Source: Octopus sinensis (lineage: Eukaryota). Taken from it: a stretch of DNA of 28,468 bases. The translations under genes were made by a program, and so were the position numbers. The notes below the pieces were generated by a model, which worked only from the letters and a program-made list of their open reading frames with translations, was not told the DNA's origin and did no database searches. Location: positions 1 to 28,468 of the forward strand of contig NW_021836042.1 in assembly GCF_006345805.1 (NCBI RefSeq), given 5' to 3'. Shown one piece after another: positions 1 to 11,078 of the stretch; within the stretch, counting starts at the first letter, position 1; each line of letters begins with the position of its first letter.

Positions 1-570
1 AGCAGTGTGATCCTGATCGAATATACCTGCAGAGAGATGGAGAAAGAAGAATGTGAGAGAGAGAGAGAGAGAAGGGGAGGGAGAAGAGGGGAGAGGCAGA
101 AAGAGAGGGTGAATGAGAGGGAGGACAGAGGGGGGTGATGGAGGGAGAGGCAGGAGAGAGAGGGCGAGAGAGTAGGAGGAGAGAGAGAGAGGGGGAGGAG
201 AGGGAGAAAGAATGAGAGAGAGAGAAAGAGAGAGAGAGAGAAGGGGAGGGAGAAGAGGGGAGAGGCAGAAAGAGAGGGTGAGAGAGAGGAAGAATGAGAG
301 GGAAAACAGAGGGGGTGATGGAGGGAGAGGCAGGAGAGCAGGAGGAGAGTAGGAGGGGAGAGAGGGGACGAGAGGGCAAGAAAGAGGGAGAAAGAATGAG
401 AGAGAGAGAGAAAGAGAGCGGGAGAAAGAATGAGAGAGAGAGAGAGAGAGAAAGAGAGAAGAAGGAGAGGGTGATGGGTGGAGAGGGGAGGGGTGAGAGG
501 GGAACGGAAGAGAGAAGGGTGGGGAGAGAGAAGGGAAAGGAGAGAGAGAGAGAGAGAGAGAATGGATAAA
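1..570. repeat. (GA)n-rich homopurine tract with an internal ~169-bp duplication
   Basis: Almost entirely G/A. AAGGGGAGGGAGAAGAGGGGAGAGGCAGAAAGAGAGGGTG occurs at 72 and 241. ORF 294-569 is its low-complexity translation. Confidence 0.95.
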
Positions 571-637
571 GAGACAATATAGAGAAGCTATATGAATGCA
601 ATAATGGTTTCAAGGTCATACGCTGTTTCTCTTACTA

Positions 638-808
638 GGAGATCACCATTTCACGCAACATATGGTTGTGATGCATATGCCTGGTGTACCCTTATCAGAC
701 GGGTAGTCATGATGGGTATATTGGGCTTTGTATATTTTACCCCAGTGTCACTTTGATGGCATGCATTGCTCTCTCGCTCAATAATAATAATAATAATAAT
801 AATATTAA
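638..808 (+). mobile_element. Probable 3' end of a non-LTR retroelement with an (AAT)n tail
   Basis: Non-coding segment ending CTCTCTCGCTC-(AAT)n. It resembles a repeat I recall as abundant in octopus; family not assignable without a search. Confidence 0.45.
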
Positions 809-944
809 TAAGGGACTCTCCCATTGGAGGTACCTTATGAGTGCTCTGCATTTTGCCAAACAACCTCCACAAATGATTTCTTTATAGCGATCGAATGTGT
901 ATGCTGACCCTTACCTTAACTCATTCCCTTGGCACTGAACAGGC

Positions 945-1920
945 AATGGTTATCAAATGAACAATTGTGGGTCAACAAAATATGAAATAAATAACAGCTG
1001 CAGATCAAGATATCAAAGACACAGCTGTGGATTATGTAGATATCAAATAACAACTGTGGATCAAGGGGATATCAAATAAACAGCTGAGAATCAGCAGGAT
1101 ATCAAATAATAGTTGATAGTGGTGGATCAACAGAATATCAAATAAACAGCTGTGGATCAACAGGTTATCAAATAAATAACTGTGGATTTATAGGATATCA
1201 AATAAAAAACTGAGAACTAGCAGGATATCAAATAATAGTTGATAGTGGTGGATCAACAGAATATCAAATAAACAGCTGTGGATCAACAGGTTATCAAATG
1301 AACAGCTGCGAATTTATAGGATATCAAATAAACAGCTGAGAATCAGCAGGATATCAAATAATAGTTGATAGTGGTGGATCAACAGAATATCAAATAAACA
1401 GCTGTGGATTAACAGGTTATCAAATGAACAGCTGTGAATTTATAGGATATCAAATAAACAGCTGAGAATCAGCAGGATATCAAATAATAGTTGATAGTGG
1501 TGGATCAACAGAATATCAAATAAACAGCTCTGGATCAACAGGTTATCAAATAAATAACTGTGGATTTATAGGATATCAAATAAAAAACTGAGAACTAGCA
1601 GGATATCAAATAATAGTTGATAGTGGTGGATCAACAGAATATCAAATAAACAGCTCTGGATTAACAGGTTATCAAATAAACAACTGTGGATTTATAGGAT
1701 ATCAAATAAACAGCTGAGAATCAGCAGGATATCAAATAATAGTTGATAGTGGTGGATCAACAGAATATCAAATAAACAGCTGTGGATCAACAGGTTATCA
1801 AATAAATAACTGTGGATTTATAGGATATCAAATAAACAGCTGAGAACCAGCAGGATATTAAATAATAGTTGATAGCTGTGGATCAACAGAATAACAAATA
1901 AACAGTGTGGATCAACAGGG
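945..1920. repeat. Minisatellite: ~30-bp monomers organised as a 126-bp higher-order repeat (about 7 copies)
   Basis: CTGAGAA marker at 1084, 1210, 1336, 1462, 1588, 1714 and 1840 (spacing 126). Unit = 30+36+30+30 monomers with a R(A/T)TATCAAAT core. All six frames of the unit contain stops. Confidence 0.97.
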
Positions 1921-2007
1921 TTGGTGTGAGAGATCTGGCCAGTTTGAGCATAAAGCAGACAGAATACTTTTAACCGGATATGACCGGTTTAAATGTGAAA
2001 CAGTTAA
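1921..2007 (+). mobile_element. 3' fragment of a TTAA (piggyBac-type) MITE
   Basis: GATCTGGCCAGTTTGA...GGATATGACCGGTTTAAATG...TTAA, matching the MITE ends at 4149-4222 and 9500-9583. Confidence 0.6.
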
Positions 2008-2023
2008 AGGAAATAAATCCTAC

Positions 2024-2153
2024 CTTTAGCAAGGCGTTTCTTATCCATTACCATGTTGAACATGGCAGAGATTTCATCGCATTTGCTTTCATGCACTGTC
2101 TCTTCAAGTTCAGACCGCTCCATACTCAATAGCTCAGACAGCTCGTCAAGCGT
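2024..2153 (-). CDS. Internal coding exon (130 nt, phase 0 to 1), TLDELSELLSMERSELEETVHESKCDEISAMFNMVMDKKRLAK(G); UBA-like region of an AMPK-related Ser/Thr kinase (HUNK/MARK/MELK-like), tentative
   Basis: Long polypyrimidine tract ending CTCTTTCAG at 2154-2156 and donor AAG|GTAGGA at 2023. Open and non-repetitive. The helical E/L pattern and CDEISAMFNMVMDKK recall the Y-D-x-I-x-A-x-Y-x-L-L-x-x-K-K end of the kinase UBA. The exon call is firmer than the product call. Confidence 0.8.
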
Positions 2154-2275
2154 CTGAAAGAGGTAGAAAATAAAAAAGAAAAAAAAAAAATGAGAAAAAA
2201 TAAGCAAAAATTAATAATTATTGTCTGGTCTTTGTCATAAATACACATGTATTAACATGTATAGATATGTGCATG

Positions 2276-2279
2276 TATA

Positions 2280-2318
<39 letters not shown>

Positions 2319-2343
2319 TGTAATAATGTTAATGATAATGATA

Positions 2344-2378
<35 letters not shown>

Positions 2379-2416
2379 AATGATAATAATAATAATGATA
2401 ATGATAATAATAATAA
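2276..2416. repeat. (AAT/GAT)n microsatellite
   Basis: Direct reading; source of the poly-Ile ORF 2235-2495. Confidence 0.97.
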
Positions 2417-2635
2417 TCCTTTCTACTAAAGGCACAAGGCCGGCCTGAATTTTGGGGGGAAGGGATAAGTCATTTACATTGACCTCAGTTTTCAACTGGT
2501 ACTTATTTTATCGACCTTGAAAGGACGGAAGGCAAGGCTGACCTTGGCAAAATTTGATCTCGGAACATAAGAACGGACAAAACGCCACAAAGCATTTTGC
2601 CTGGGATGCTAATGATTCTGCTGGCTTGCTGCCTT
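2417..2635 (-). mobile_element. tRNA-derived SINE, family A (central CCTTTCATCCTTTCGGGGTCGATAAA-type domain), diverged
   Basis: Minus-strand head GGCAGCAAGCCAGCAGAATCATTAGCA, B-box-like GAGATCAAATT, and central domain shared with the copies at 13244, 21326 and 24172. Confidence 0.85.
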
Positions 2636-2642
2636 AATAATA

Positions 2643-2686
<44 letters not shown>

Positions 2687-2690
2687 AAGT

Positions 2691-2871
2691 AAGTATGGAT
2701 ATGAGGTTATGGGTGCTTGGTACCAACATACACTGGAAAAGGTGATGGACGAAAAAGGGGATGACAAAAAACCCCTGGGACTTTGACTTCCAGACAGACA
2801 AGGTATTACAGCACCAAGGGCCAGATATAGTAACCTTTAGGAGGGACAAACAAGAGTGCCTAATAATTGGT
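2691..2871 (+). mobile_element. R4/Dong-type non-LTR retrotransposon relic: start of the restriction-like endonuclease domain, one frameshift
   Basis: KYGYEVMGAWYQHTLEKVMDEKGDDKK [+1 shift near 2772-2775] WDFDFQTDKVLQHQGPDIVTFRRDKQECLIIG matches the WYxH...WDFxxQTDxxxxxxxPDIV...C-L-I-I-D pattern of RLE-bearing LINEs. Flanked by (GAT)n and (GGT)n. Confidence 0.75.
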
Positions 2872-3570
2872 GGTGGTGATGATGACGGCGGTGGTGGTCG
2901 TTGTTGTTGTTGGTGATGATGGGGTGGTTGTGGTGGTGTTGGAGGTGGTGGTGATGATGACGATGATGATGATGATAAGCAATCAACAGACTGCTCATCG
3001 TTCATCATTCTCACTTTTAACCCTCATCTCTTTTATGCCAACGTGGGTTGGAACAAGTTACCACTTCATTTTCTTTGTGATGTCTCATCTGAATCCTTTT
3101 TTTTTTTTAAAGCCTGAATGGATGAACATTATAAGAGAGACATCAACAGACAGCAGAGAAAAGATAATTTTTTTTTTCCTCTTGGAATTCGTTTTTTCCA
3201 AGAAAATAAAAAAAAAGAGAGAATATTCTAATAATACCGGGATAATTCCATGAACAAAGACTTTCCCAGCTGAGAGTATTTTTTATGTCCAAACAGATTA
3301 ATTTTGATTGAATGTGCTTTGGGACGTTATAAAATATATCACTGGTTTCTCATTTGAATCACAGAAACAAAGACACAGAACTGTATCACGTTGGTAGAGC
3401 TTTTGCAAAGAGACACAGATGTCGCGTTCAGTCCATAACATCGCTTTCTTTAATGACTAACCGTTATGGAAATGCAAGAAAATATCAAAGAAAGAGCTTA
3501 ATCCGACTTTACTACTTCTTATCATAGATTTCTTAAGTTGTCCCTTTAAAAGTCACAGAGAAGGAATGGT

Positions 3571-3891
3571 TTAACCTTTTAACATTCAGATTACCCTGTC
3601 AAATGTAATGCTTATTTATTCACCTTGTTTTGAATTAATCATGCATTGTCTCATAGCTTCAGGATTTCAATATGCTCTTTTACTCTACTCTTTTACTTGT
3701 TTCAGTCATTTGACTGCAGCCATGCTGGAGCACCACCTTTAGTCGAGCAACTTGACCCCGGGACTTATTCTTTTTGTGAGCCCAGTACTTATTCTATCGG
3801 TCTCTTTTTGCCGAACCGCTAAGTGACGGGGACGTAAACACACCAGCATCGGTTGTCAAGCAATGCTAGGGGAACAAACACAGACACACAA

Positions 3892-3926
<35 letters not shown>

Positions 3927-4222
3927 CATATATACGACAGGCTTCTTTCAGTTTCCGTCTACCAAATCCACTCACAAGGCATCGGTCGGCCCGGGGCTAT
4001 AGCAGAAGACACTTGCCCAAGATGCCACCCAGTGAGACTGAACCCAGAACCATGTGGTTGGTAAGCAAGCTACTTACCACACAGCCACTCCTGCGCCTAT
4101 GATTGTAAATTTTTATAATGACATTGTAGAGTGGGTGTAACAGGCTGGATCTGGCCAGTTTGGACATAGAACAAGTTGCATTTTGGGGTTAAATATGACC
4201 AGTTCAAATGCTAAATGGTTCA
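3571..4222 (+). mobile_element. TTAA/piggyBac-type MITE interrupted by a SINE
   Basis: Starts TTAACCTTTTAACATTCAGATT, resumes at 4099 and ends GCTAAATGGTTCA. Collinear with the copy at 9129-9583. Another 5' end follows at about 4223. Confidence 0.75.
3675..4098 (-). mobile_element. Full-length tRNA-derived SINE, family B (CORE-like segment, internal microsatellite; OR2-like, tentative)
   Basis: Head AGGCGCAGGAGTGGCTGTGTGGTAAG, B-box GGGTTCAGTC, TGGCATCTTGGGCAAGTGTC segment and tail GACTGAAACAAGTAAAAGAG. Near-identical to 8704-9120. Confidence 0.93.
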
Positions 4223-4612
4223 CCCCTTAGCATTCAGATGACCGTCAAATGTAAAGCTTGTTGTTTCCCATTGCTTTGAATTAACTTCTTGACCATTGCT
4301 TTGAAAAAAACTTCTTGACCACGGTGTCCATAACAACTTGTAGAGCCTTAAAGGGTGAAATGGGGAGAAGCTGGGAGATTGGTTGACTGTTTTAAGAAGC
4401 AGCCCATCAACATAAAGATACTGAGCTGGGTTTTTTTAGGATAAAGACCGGAGACCTTACGAGAATGCTTGCAAGAAAAGGGAATCCATTTAGGAAACCA
4501 AATGGTCACATAATTCTGTCGATTCAGTTGAGGGCTGAAGGTTAACCCCTAAAGAATGAGTTTAGGCCATGCAATGGGATTTGGTTGAGTTAAGGTTATG
4601 ATACAAGACAGT

Positions 4613-4779
4613 CATCATCATCATCGTCATCGTCATCGTCAACATCATCATCGTCATCATCATTGTCATCATCATCATCATCATCATCAACATTGTCATC
4701 GTCATCATCAACATCATCATCGTCATCGTCGTCGTCGTCATCGTCATCGTCAACGTCATCATCATCGTCATCATCATCA
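4613..4779. repeat. (CAT/CGT)n microsatellite; expanded tail of the adjacent SINE
   Basis: Direct reading; source of the poly-M/D/H/S ORFs. Confidence 0.95.
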
Positions 4780-5200
4780 TTTAACGTCTGTTTTCTATGC
4801 TGGCATGGGTTGGATGGTTTGACAGGAGCTGACAAGCTGAAGAGGCATCTGTTTTGGTATGGTTTCCACAGCTGGATGCCCTTCTTAATACCAGCCACTT
4901 TACAGAGTGCACTGAGTGTTGCTTACATGGGACCAACACAAGTGCTAATTTCTATGGCACAAGCACCGGTGCTCTCCACATGAAACCAGCACAACTGCTT
5001 TTAACGTGGCTCAGGAATGGGTGCCTTGTACAAGGCCCTGACGTGACTGTTTTTAACGTGGCACCAGAATGGGTGCTTTGTACAAGGCCCTGACATGACT
5101 GCTTTTAACGTGGCACCAGAATGGGTGCCTCTTCATAGCACTGCAGCGGCATCTTTTATGCAGCACCAGAACCTGTGGGCTTGCCAAGTGTCTTGCAAGA
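4770..5200 (-). mobile_element. SINE family C (OK-repeat-like, tentative), variant with 52-bp internal tandem units
   Basis: TTTAACGTC...CATGCTGGCATGGGTTGGA and CAGCTGGATGCCCTTC diagnostic blocks. TTAACGTGG at 5001, 5053 and 5105. Confidence 0.8.
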
Positions 5201-5492
5201 CAGGGACATCTCAGCTGGGAGGAGAGTAAAATCAGGAATCTAGAATAACTGAGGAGATACTGCATCTACAAGAATGGCAGTAATTAATCGAGGTGTATGG
5301 AAGTTTCTAGATATCAGTAAATTTGGTGGCTGTGTTAAATGAGAAACAGGTGACATTTTGGAGTTGATGGAGAGAGTCAAGTAGTGGCCAGGCAGAAATG
5401 AAAGAAAGAAAATAAGAGATAAGATCAGGAATCTAAGAAAAACTGGTAGTGTTCTGTATATTTAATAGTTAATTTACTCAGAGAAGTGAAAT

Positions 5493-5530
5493 ACTCAATG
5501 TTTTGGACACTTGTCCTTCTTCAGAGAGAG
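5493..5530 (-). ncRNA. Degenerate minimal hammerhead-ribozyme-like motif
   Basis: Minus strand reads CTGAAGA-A-GGAC-aagt-GTCC-(A)AAAC-ATT-GAGT. Core box and 4-bp stem II are present, GAAA has become AAAA, and stem I is poor. Confidence 0.4.
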
Positions 5531-6619
5531 GGAAAAAATATTTATTTACAGCAGCTAATATTGGGGTTACAAAGAATAAAATCAATTTACTTCTTAGTAA
5601 CTCTACATTGGTCTTTCTATATATTTTTCTCTCCAAAGAAGGATAAATATCCACAACATTGATTCTTCTCAGTCATCATGTTAAACAGTAGGGACAAGAT
5701 GCAGCTCAAGATGTACTCACAATGAATGAAAGAGATGAGGAGGAGGTCAGGTAAGGGAGGTGAGATCTTAACATTAAATGGATAGGTTATTTTGGAATGT
5801 AGAAGACTATGCTGATACACACCTGGGCATTGCTAACTATGTATAACTGAGAAATACCACATCTTAACTAATTCACAAAAACAAACTCAATCTATCTACA
5901 ATGCAGTCATCAGAGTAATTAAACTTAATTCATTCCTATAAACACATGTGAATATATTACATTCACACTGAAGAGAAGCTTATGAAACCAAACAATAATT
6001 ATTAACATTAAATCATCTCAGATATTTAATTCAAAAGGTTTCTAAAAATGATGAAACTAGGAAATTTACAATATAAGTTTTTTTATTATGTAACACATCA
6101 AAAAAATAATTATAAAATTTTATTATTACTTAGTTAATAGAAAAACACATGACCTTTTAACATGACCACTGAAATGATGAAGAAACCACAATAAAAAATT
6201 CACAAATGTATACACACAGACACATATATATATTCATACACAAAGAAAACTTTGTGCTTGGTAAGAAGGGCCACCAAAATTTCAAATATATCATACAGGG
6301 GTCATGGACAAAGCTCCTGATTCTTCATATTTTTCACTAGAAATAGCAGTCAAGATTTTCTCAGCTCACACTCTTCCATTTTTGCTTCCTCTCATACACA
6401 CACACACACATATATGAACAAAGATGAAAAAAGAATTAGTTGATTAAGTGTTAGAAAAAAATCCAATGTCGCTGTAATTATTAATTAAATGAGCTGAAGG
6501 ATAATTGCTGAAAAAGAATATGCAAAAATGACACCTGGAACCTCTTTGATGATTTAGGTCCACAGAGTTGAGGTGACCATGGGCTAAACAGGGAAACCAT
6601 AAAAAAAAGAACAATAACC

Positions 6620-6701
6620 ACATATATATATATACACACACACATACATGTATGTACATCATACATATTACATGTTGTGTATATATAGGTATAATATTGT
6701 A

Positions 6702-6735
<34 letters not shown>

Positions 6736-6750
6736 TATATATATAATATA

Positions 6751-6822
<72 letters not shown>

Positions 6823-6865
6823 TATATATATATATATATAATAAATATATATATATATATAATAA

Positions 6866-6905
<40 letters not shown>

Positions 6906-6947
6906 TAATATATATATATATAATATATATATATATATATAATATAT

Positions 6948-6978
<31 letters not shown>

Positions 6979-7075
6979 TATATATAATATAATATATATA
7001 ATATAATATATATAATATATATATAATATATATATATATAATATATATATACTAAATAGATATATAATAATATAT

Positions 7076-7123
<48 letters not shown>

Positions 7124-7506
7124 TACATGAAAAATAATGAGATGCCAACGAGACAGTATATATGTGTTGACAACAGCCAGGAACCAGTAGCAATATATAT
7201 ACATATATATGCAGGCACATATATATATATATATATTATATTATATATATACATACATATATATAGTGATGAGACAGTGAAAACATTATTATTCATTATT
7301 AAAGCACACATAATTAGCCATTCATTAGTGAAACATTTAACCAATCATTAGCAACCAATTAATTAACCATGCCTGATGATTGAGACAATTGTGCTGTGTA
7401 CACCAAACTGTTGGAGCTGTTTAAGTTTTGGCAATATGTAGGGTAGATATGTGCGTGTATGCGTGCAGGTTTACATACACACTCTCATATACACATATAA
7501 ACATAT

Positions 7507-7546
<40 letters not shown>

Positions 7547-8080
7547 GGATATATAATATATATATATACATATACATATAATATAATATATATATATATA
7601 ATATATATATAGATAGATAGATATAGATATATAGATATATATATTTACATACATACATACATAGGTATATATACACACTTGTATACACATATATCAGTGT
7701 CAGCCTAATGACTGAAACAACTAAACGATGAAAGATACACACATACTCACACACACACACACATAAATACATACATATACATACACATAAGCACACACAT
7801 ATATATGTCTAATACATACATACATACTTAAACACACACACACACACATATATATGTGTGTGTGTGTGTGTGTGTTGTGTGTGTGTAAGTATATATTATG
7901 TATGTATGTATGTATGTATATATATGTGTGTATATATATATATATATGTTTTATTATGAAAACAGTGATACCATGAACACAAAGAGAACCAGAATGACTT
8001 GATGATATATATATATATATATGTGTGTGTGGTGTGTGTTGTGTGTATATATATATATAAATATGTATATATATATATAT

Positions 8081-8118
<38 letters not shown>

Positions 8119-8190
8119 TATATACATACATACATAATACATACATATATATATATTATATATATATATTATATACATATTATAATATAG
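6620..8190. repeat. Compound (AT)n/(AC)n/(GT)n microsatellite field with short unique spacers
   Basis: Direct reading; source of the YI/VC-rich ORFs. Confidence 0.95.
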
Positions 8191-8439
8191 AATAAGTGGG
8201 GTTCATTTGCATTATTTTAGGTTTCTTGCTTATAAAGCCAATCAGATCATCAGCTCTGCAAAGAGGCTTAATTTCAAATGTTATGTTATTCTCATTGTGT
8301 CTGGTGATAGAATGGATTGTAAGCTTCTGTTTGGTCCTTATGCTTAAGTTTTTTCTTACATCGACAAAGCAACGTATCAAATACAGACATTTTTTTAAAA
8401 ATCCTGTTTGCTTTATTTTCTTTCACTAGTTGCAGCCTC

Positions 8440-8610
8440 CGAGATAGCAGCCATTGCTTGAGCGTCCCCTTGAAAATTTTTGTCAGATTGAACCAAGTAC
8501 CTATATTTTAAATCAGGTGCTTGTTTTGTCAGGCTCATTTTGCTGAACTGTTAAGGTGCAAGGATATAAACAAACCCACACCAGTTTGTTAAGCACTGAT
8601 TGATCACAAA
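8440..8610 (-). mobile_element. Old family-B SINE 3' fragment
   Basis: Diverged match to the tail of 3675-4098 (CAGCCATTGCTTGAGC..., TTTTGCTGAACTGTTAAG). Confidence 0.5.
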
Positions 8611-8703
8611 TACTATCATAAACACACATACACACACACACACACACTCATGCGCATACAAACACACATGCCATTGTAAAGCAAATGTTTTCCAAAGTAT
8701 GAT

Positions 8704-9120
8704 AGGCGCAGGAGTGGCTGTGTGGTAAGTAGCTTGCTAACCAACCACATGGTTCCGGGTTCAGTCCCACTGCGTGGCATCTTGGGCAAGTGTCTTCTGC
8801 TATAGCCCCGGGCGACCACAATGCCTTGTGAGTGGATTTGGTAGACGGAAACTGAAAGAAGCCTGTCGTATATATGTATATATATGTATGTATTGTGTGT
8901 GTATATGTTTGTGTGTCTGTGTTTGTCCCCCTAGCATTGCTTGACAACCGATGCTGGTGTGTTTACGTCCCCGTCACTTAGCGGTTCGGCAAAAGAGACC
9001 GATAGAATAAGTACTGGGCTTACAAAGAATAAGTCCCGGGGTCGATTTGCTCGACTAAAGGCGGTGCTCCAGCATGGCCGCAGTCAAATGACTGAAACAA
9101 GTAAAAGAAGAAAAAAAAAA
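8704..9120 (+). mobile_element. Full-length family-B SINE
   Basis: Same head, B box, internal (TA/TG)n and GACTGAAACAAGTAAAAG-A-rich tail as 3675-4098. Confidence 0.93.
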
Positions 9121-9128
9121 TAGTTATT

Positions 9129-9583
9129 TTAACCATTTAATATTCTGAGTACTCAGTCAAACGCAATGTTTATTAAATCACATTCTTTTGAATTAATCAT
9201 ATATTATCTCATAACATGAAGATTTTGATGATATTGATTACCTTTTAACCCTTTCGTTACTGTATTTATTTTGAGATGTTCTGTGTTTCTTTCAATTATT
9301 TTAAATATAACAAAGAATTTAGTAAAATAACTTAGTTATCATTAAGCTAGTGTTAGGAAAATAAATTGCAACTAAGGCTTGGTGGTATATTTCAATGCAA
9401 AACTTATGAAAACAAGACATTTGTACTACAGAGCCAGAGGCGGTTTCAGCCAGGTTGGTAACGAAAGGGTTAATGACAATGTAGGTTAAGTGTGGAATGT
9501 TGGAACTGGTCAGTTTGAACTTAAAACAAGTAGAATATTTGAGCCAGATATAGGCTAGATAGATTAAGTGCTAAATAGATTAA
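9129..9583 (+). mobile_element. TTAA-type MITE host, interrupted at an internal TTAA
   Basis: TTAACCATTTAA... to ...GCTAAATAGATTAA; collinear with 3571-4222 once the insert is removed. Confidence 0.7.
9245..9473. mobile_element. Intact piggyBac-type MITE (221 bp) with TTAA TSDs
   Basis: TTAA at 9245-9248 and 9470-9473. Perfect 12-bp TIR CCCTTTCGTTAC (9249-9260) / GTAACGAAAGGG (9458-9469). Confidence 0.93.
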
Positions 9584-10148
9584 AAGATATTTCTATGGAA
9601 TGACTTTACCGTTTATTGAGACAAGATAATTCTAAGAATGATTTACACAATCTCATTAATTCTTTCCTGAATATAAAAAGAAACGCTACAGTCCTCTCTA
9701 ATTATAAGTGGAATTTAAAAGAATGTTGTGCTAAAAGTTGTCCTAATACATACATACGTGCATGCATGTACACATACATATATACACACATATATACATA
9801 CATACACACCAAGAGCTTCTTTCAGTTTCCATCTGCCAAATTCACTCTCAGGGCTTTGGTTGAGCGGGGGGCCCATTGTAAGAGACAGCTGGCTGAGATG
9901 TTACACGTGGTGATTATTTCACCATTTACACACATTCAAAGACATACAGAGCTATCACAAAGTGAAACAATATCCCTGTCCAGTAGGTTGCTTGGTCGAT
10001 ATAATCATTCTGGGAATGAAGTCACACTGGAAGATTAATGCGAAACATTCTATGGAAGCATTTATTGCAGAGGCACCAAATGAGAACTGGACTTCTTTTG
10101 GGTTCCCTTTTGTTTGCAAGAAACATAAATAATGGCAAAGTAGTCAAC

Positions 10149-10149
<1 letters not shown>

Positions 10150-10199
<50 letters not shown>

Positions 10200-10250
10200 G
10201 TATATGTATATGTATATATATAATTAAAAAATATATGTGAATATATATAG

Positions 10251-10301
<51 letters not shown>

Positions 10302-10513
10302 GTATATATGTATGTATGTATGTATGTATATATATATGTTTATATATATGTATCTCAATTAACTTTTATATATATATATATATATATATAAGTACATCTA
10401 TATATTAATTTATACACGCACATACATATATGTATATAATATACACATGCACACACACACACATATATAAGCATATTATATATATATACCATATACATAT
10501 ACATGGATATATT

Positions 10514-10551
<38 letters not shown>

Positions 10552-10577
10552 CGTACACACACACATATATGTATACG

Positions 10578-10621
<44 letters not shown>

Positions 10622-10655
10622 CGCTCACACACACACACATATATATATGATACAT
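10150..10655. repeat. (AT)n/(AC)n microsatellite field
   Basis: Direct reading. Confidence 0.95.
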
Positions 10656-10869
10656 AATATCAGAGAGGAGACAATATGGTGAGAAGCGAACAAATAACAA
10701 CAACAGATAATGGTTAAAGCACTGAAGAATCGTGGGGGAATGTGGTTGGTGCCTGAGTCCTCATGTCACGCGACCGGGACACAACGATGCAATTGAATAT
10801 GAAGCAAAAAATTGTGAGCTGGGAGTGAAGGGCAGAGCATGGATGCTGAACAGAATGACAGAAACGTTT

Positions 10870-10995
10870 AGAAGGAGGAGGAGGAGGAGAAAAAGGAGAA
10901 GAAGAAGAAGAAGAAGAAGGAGGAGGAGGAGGAGTGGGAGGAGGAGGAGGAGGAGAAGGAGAAGAAGAAGAAGAAGTAGAAGAAGAAGGAGAGTA
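10870..10995. repeat. (GAG/GAA)n microsatellite
   Basis: Direct reading; source of the poly-R/P/S ORFs. Confidence 0.95.
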
Positions 10996-11078
10996 ATTAA
11001 TTTTCAACAACTACTAAAGTTTATTCCCACTGAAATTCCAGACATGGTCCCAATACGAAGGACAATCATGGCCACGGC

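Noticed and set aside
294-569. R/E/G-rich 91-aa ORF
   Set aside because: Translation of the (GA)n tract; no domain.
914-934. Possible 20-nt mini-exon (TTCAG|...TTAAG|GTAAGG on minus)
   Set aside because: Joined to the phase-1 end of the 2024 exon it gives V-P-R-E-stop; no other support.
945-1920. Minisatellite as a repeat-protein gene or CRISPR-like array
   Set aside because: Stops in all six frames; contiguous monomers with no unique spacers, and a eukaryotic context.
7290-7375. Cluster of TAAT/TAATTA homeodomain-like sites (also near 12965 and 27480)
   Set aside because: Expected by chance at this AT content; no independent evidence.
9616-10038. 140-aa ORF
   Set aside because: Runs through a microsatellite and an old SINE fragment; no recognisable motif or splice support.
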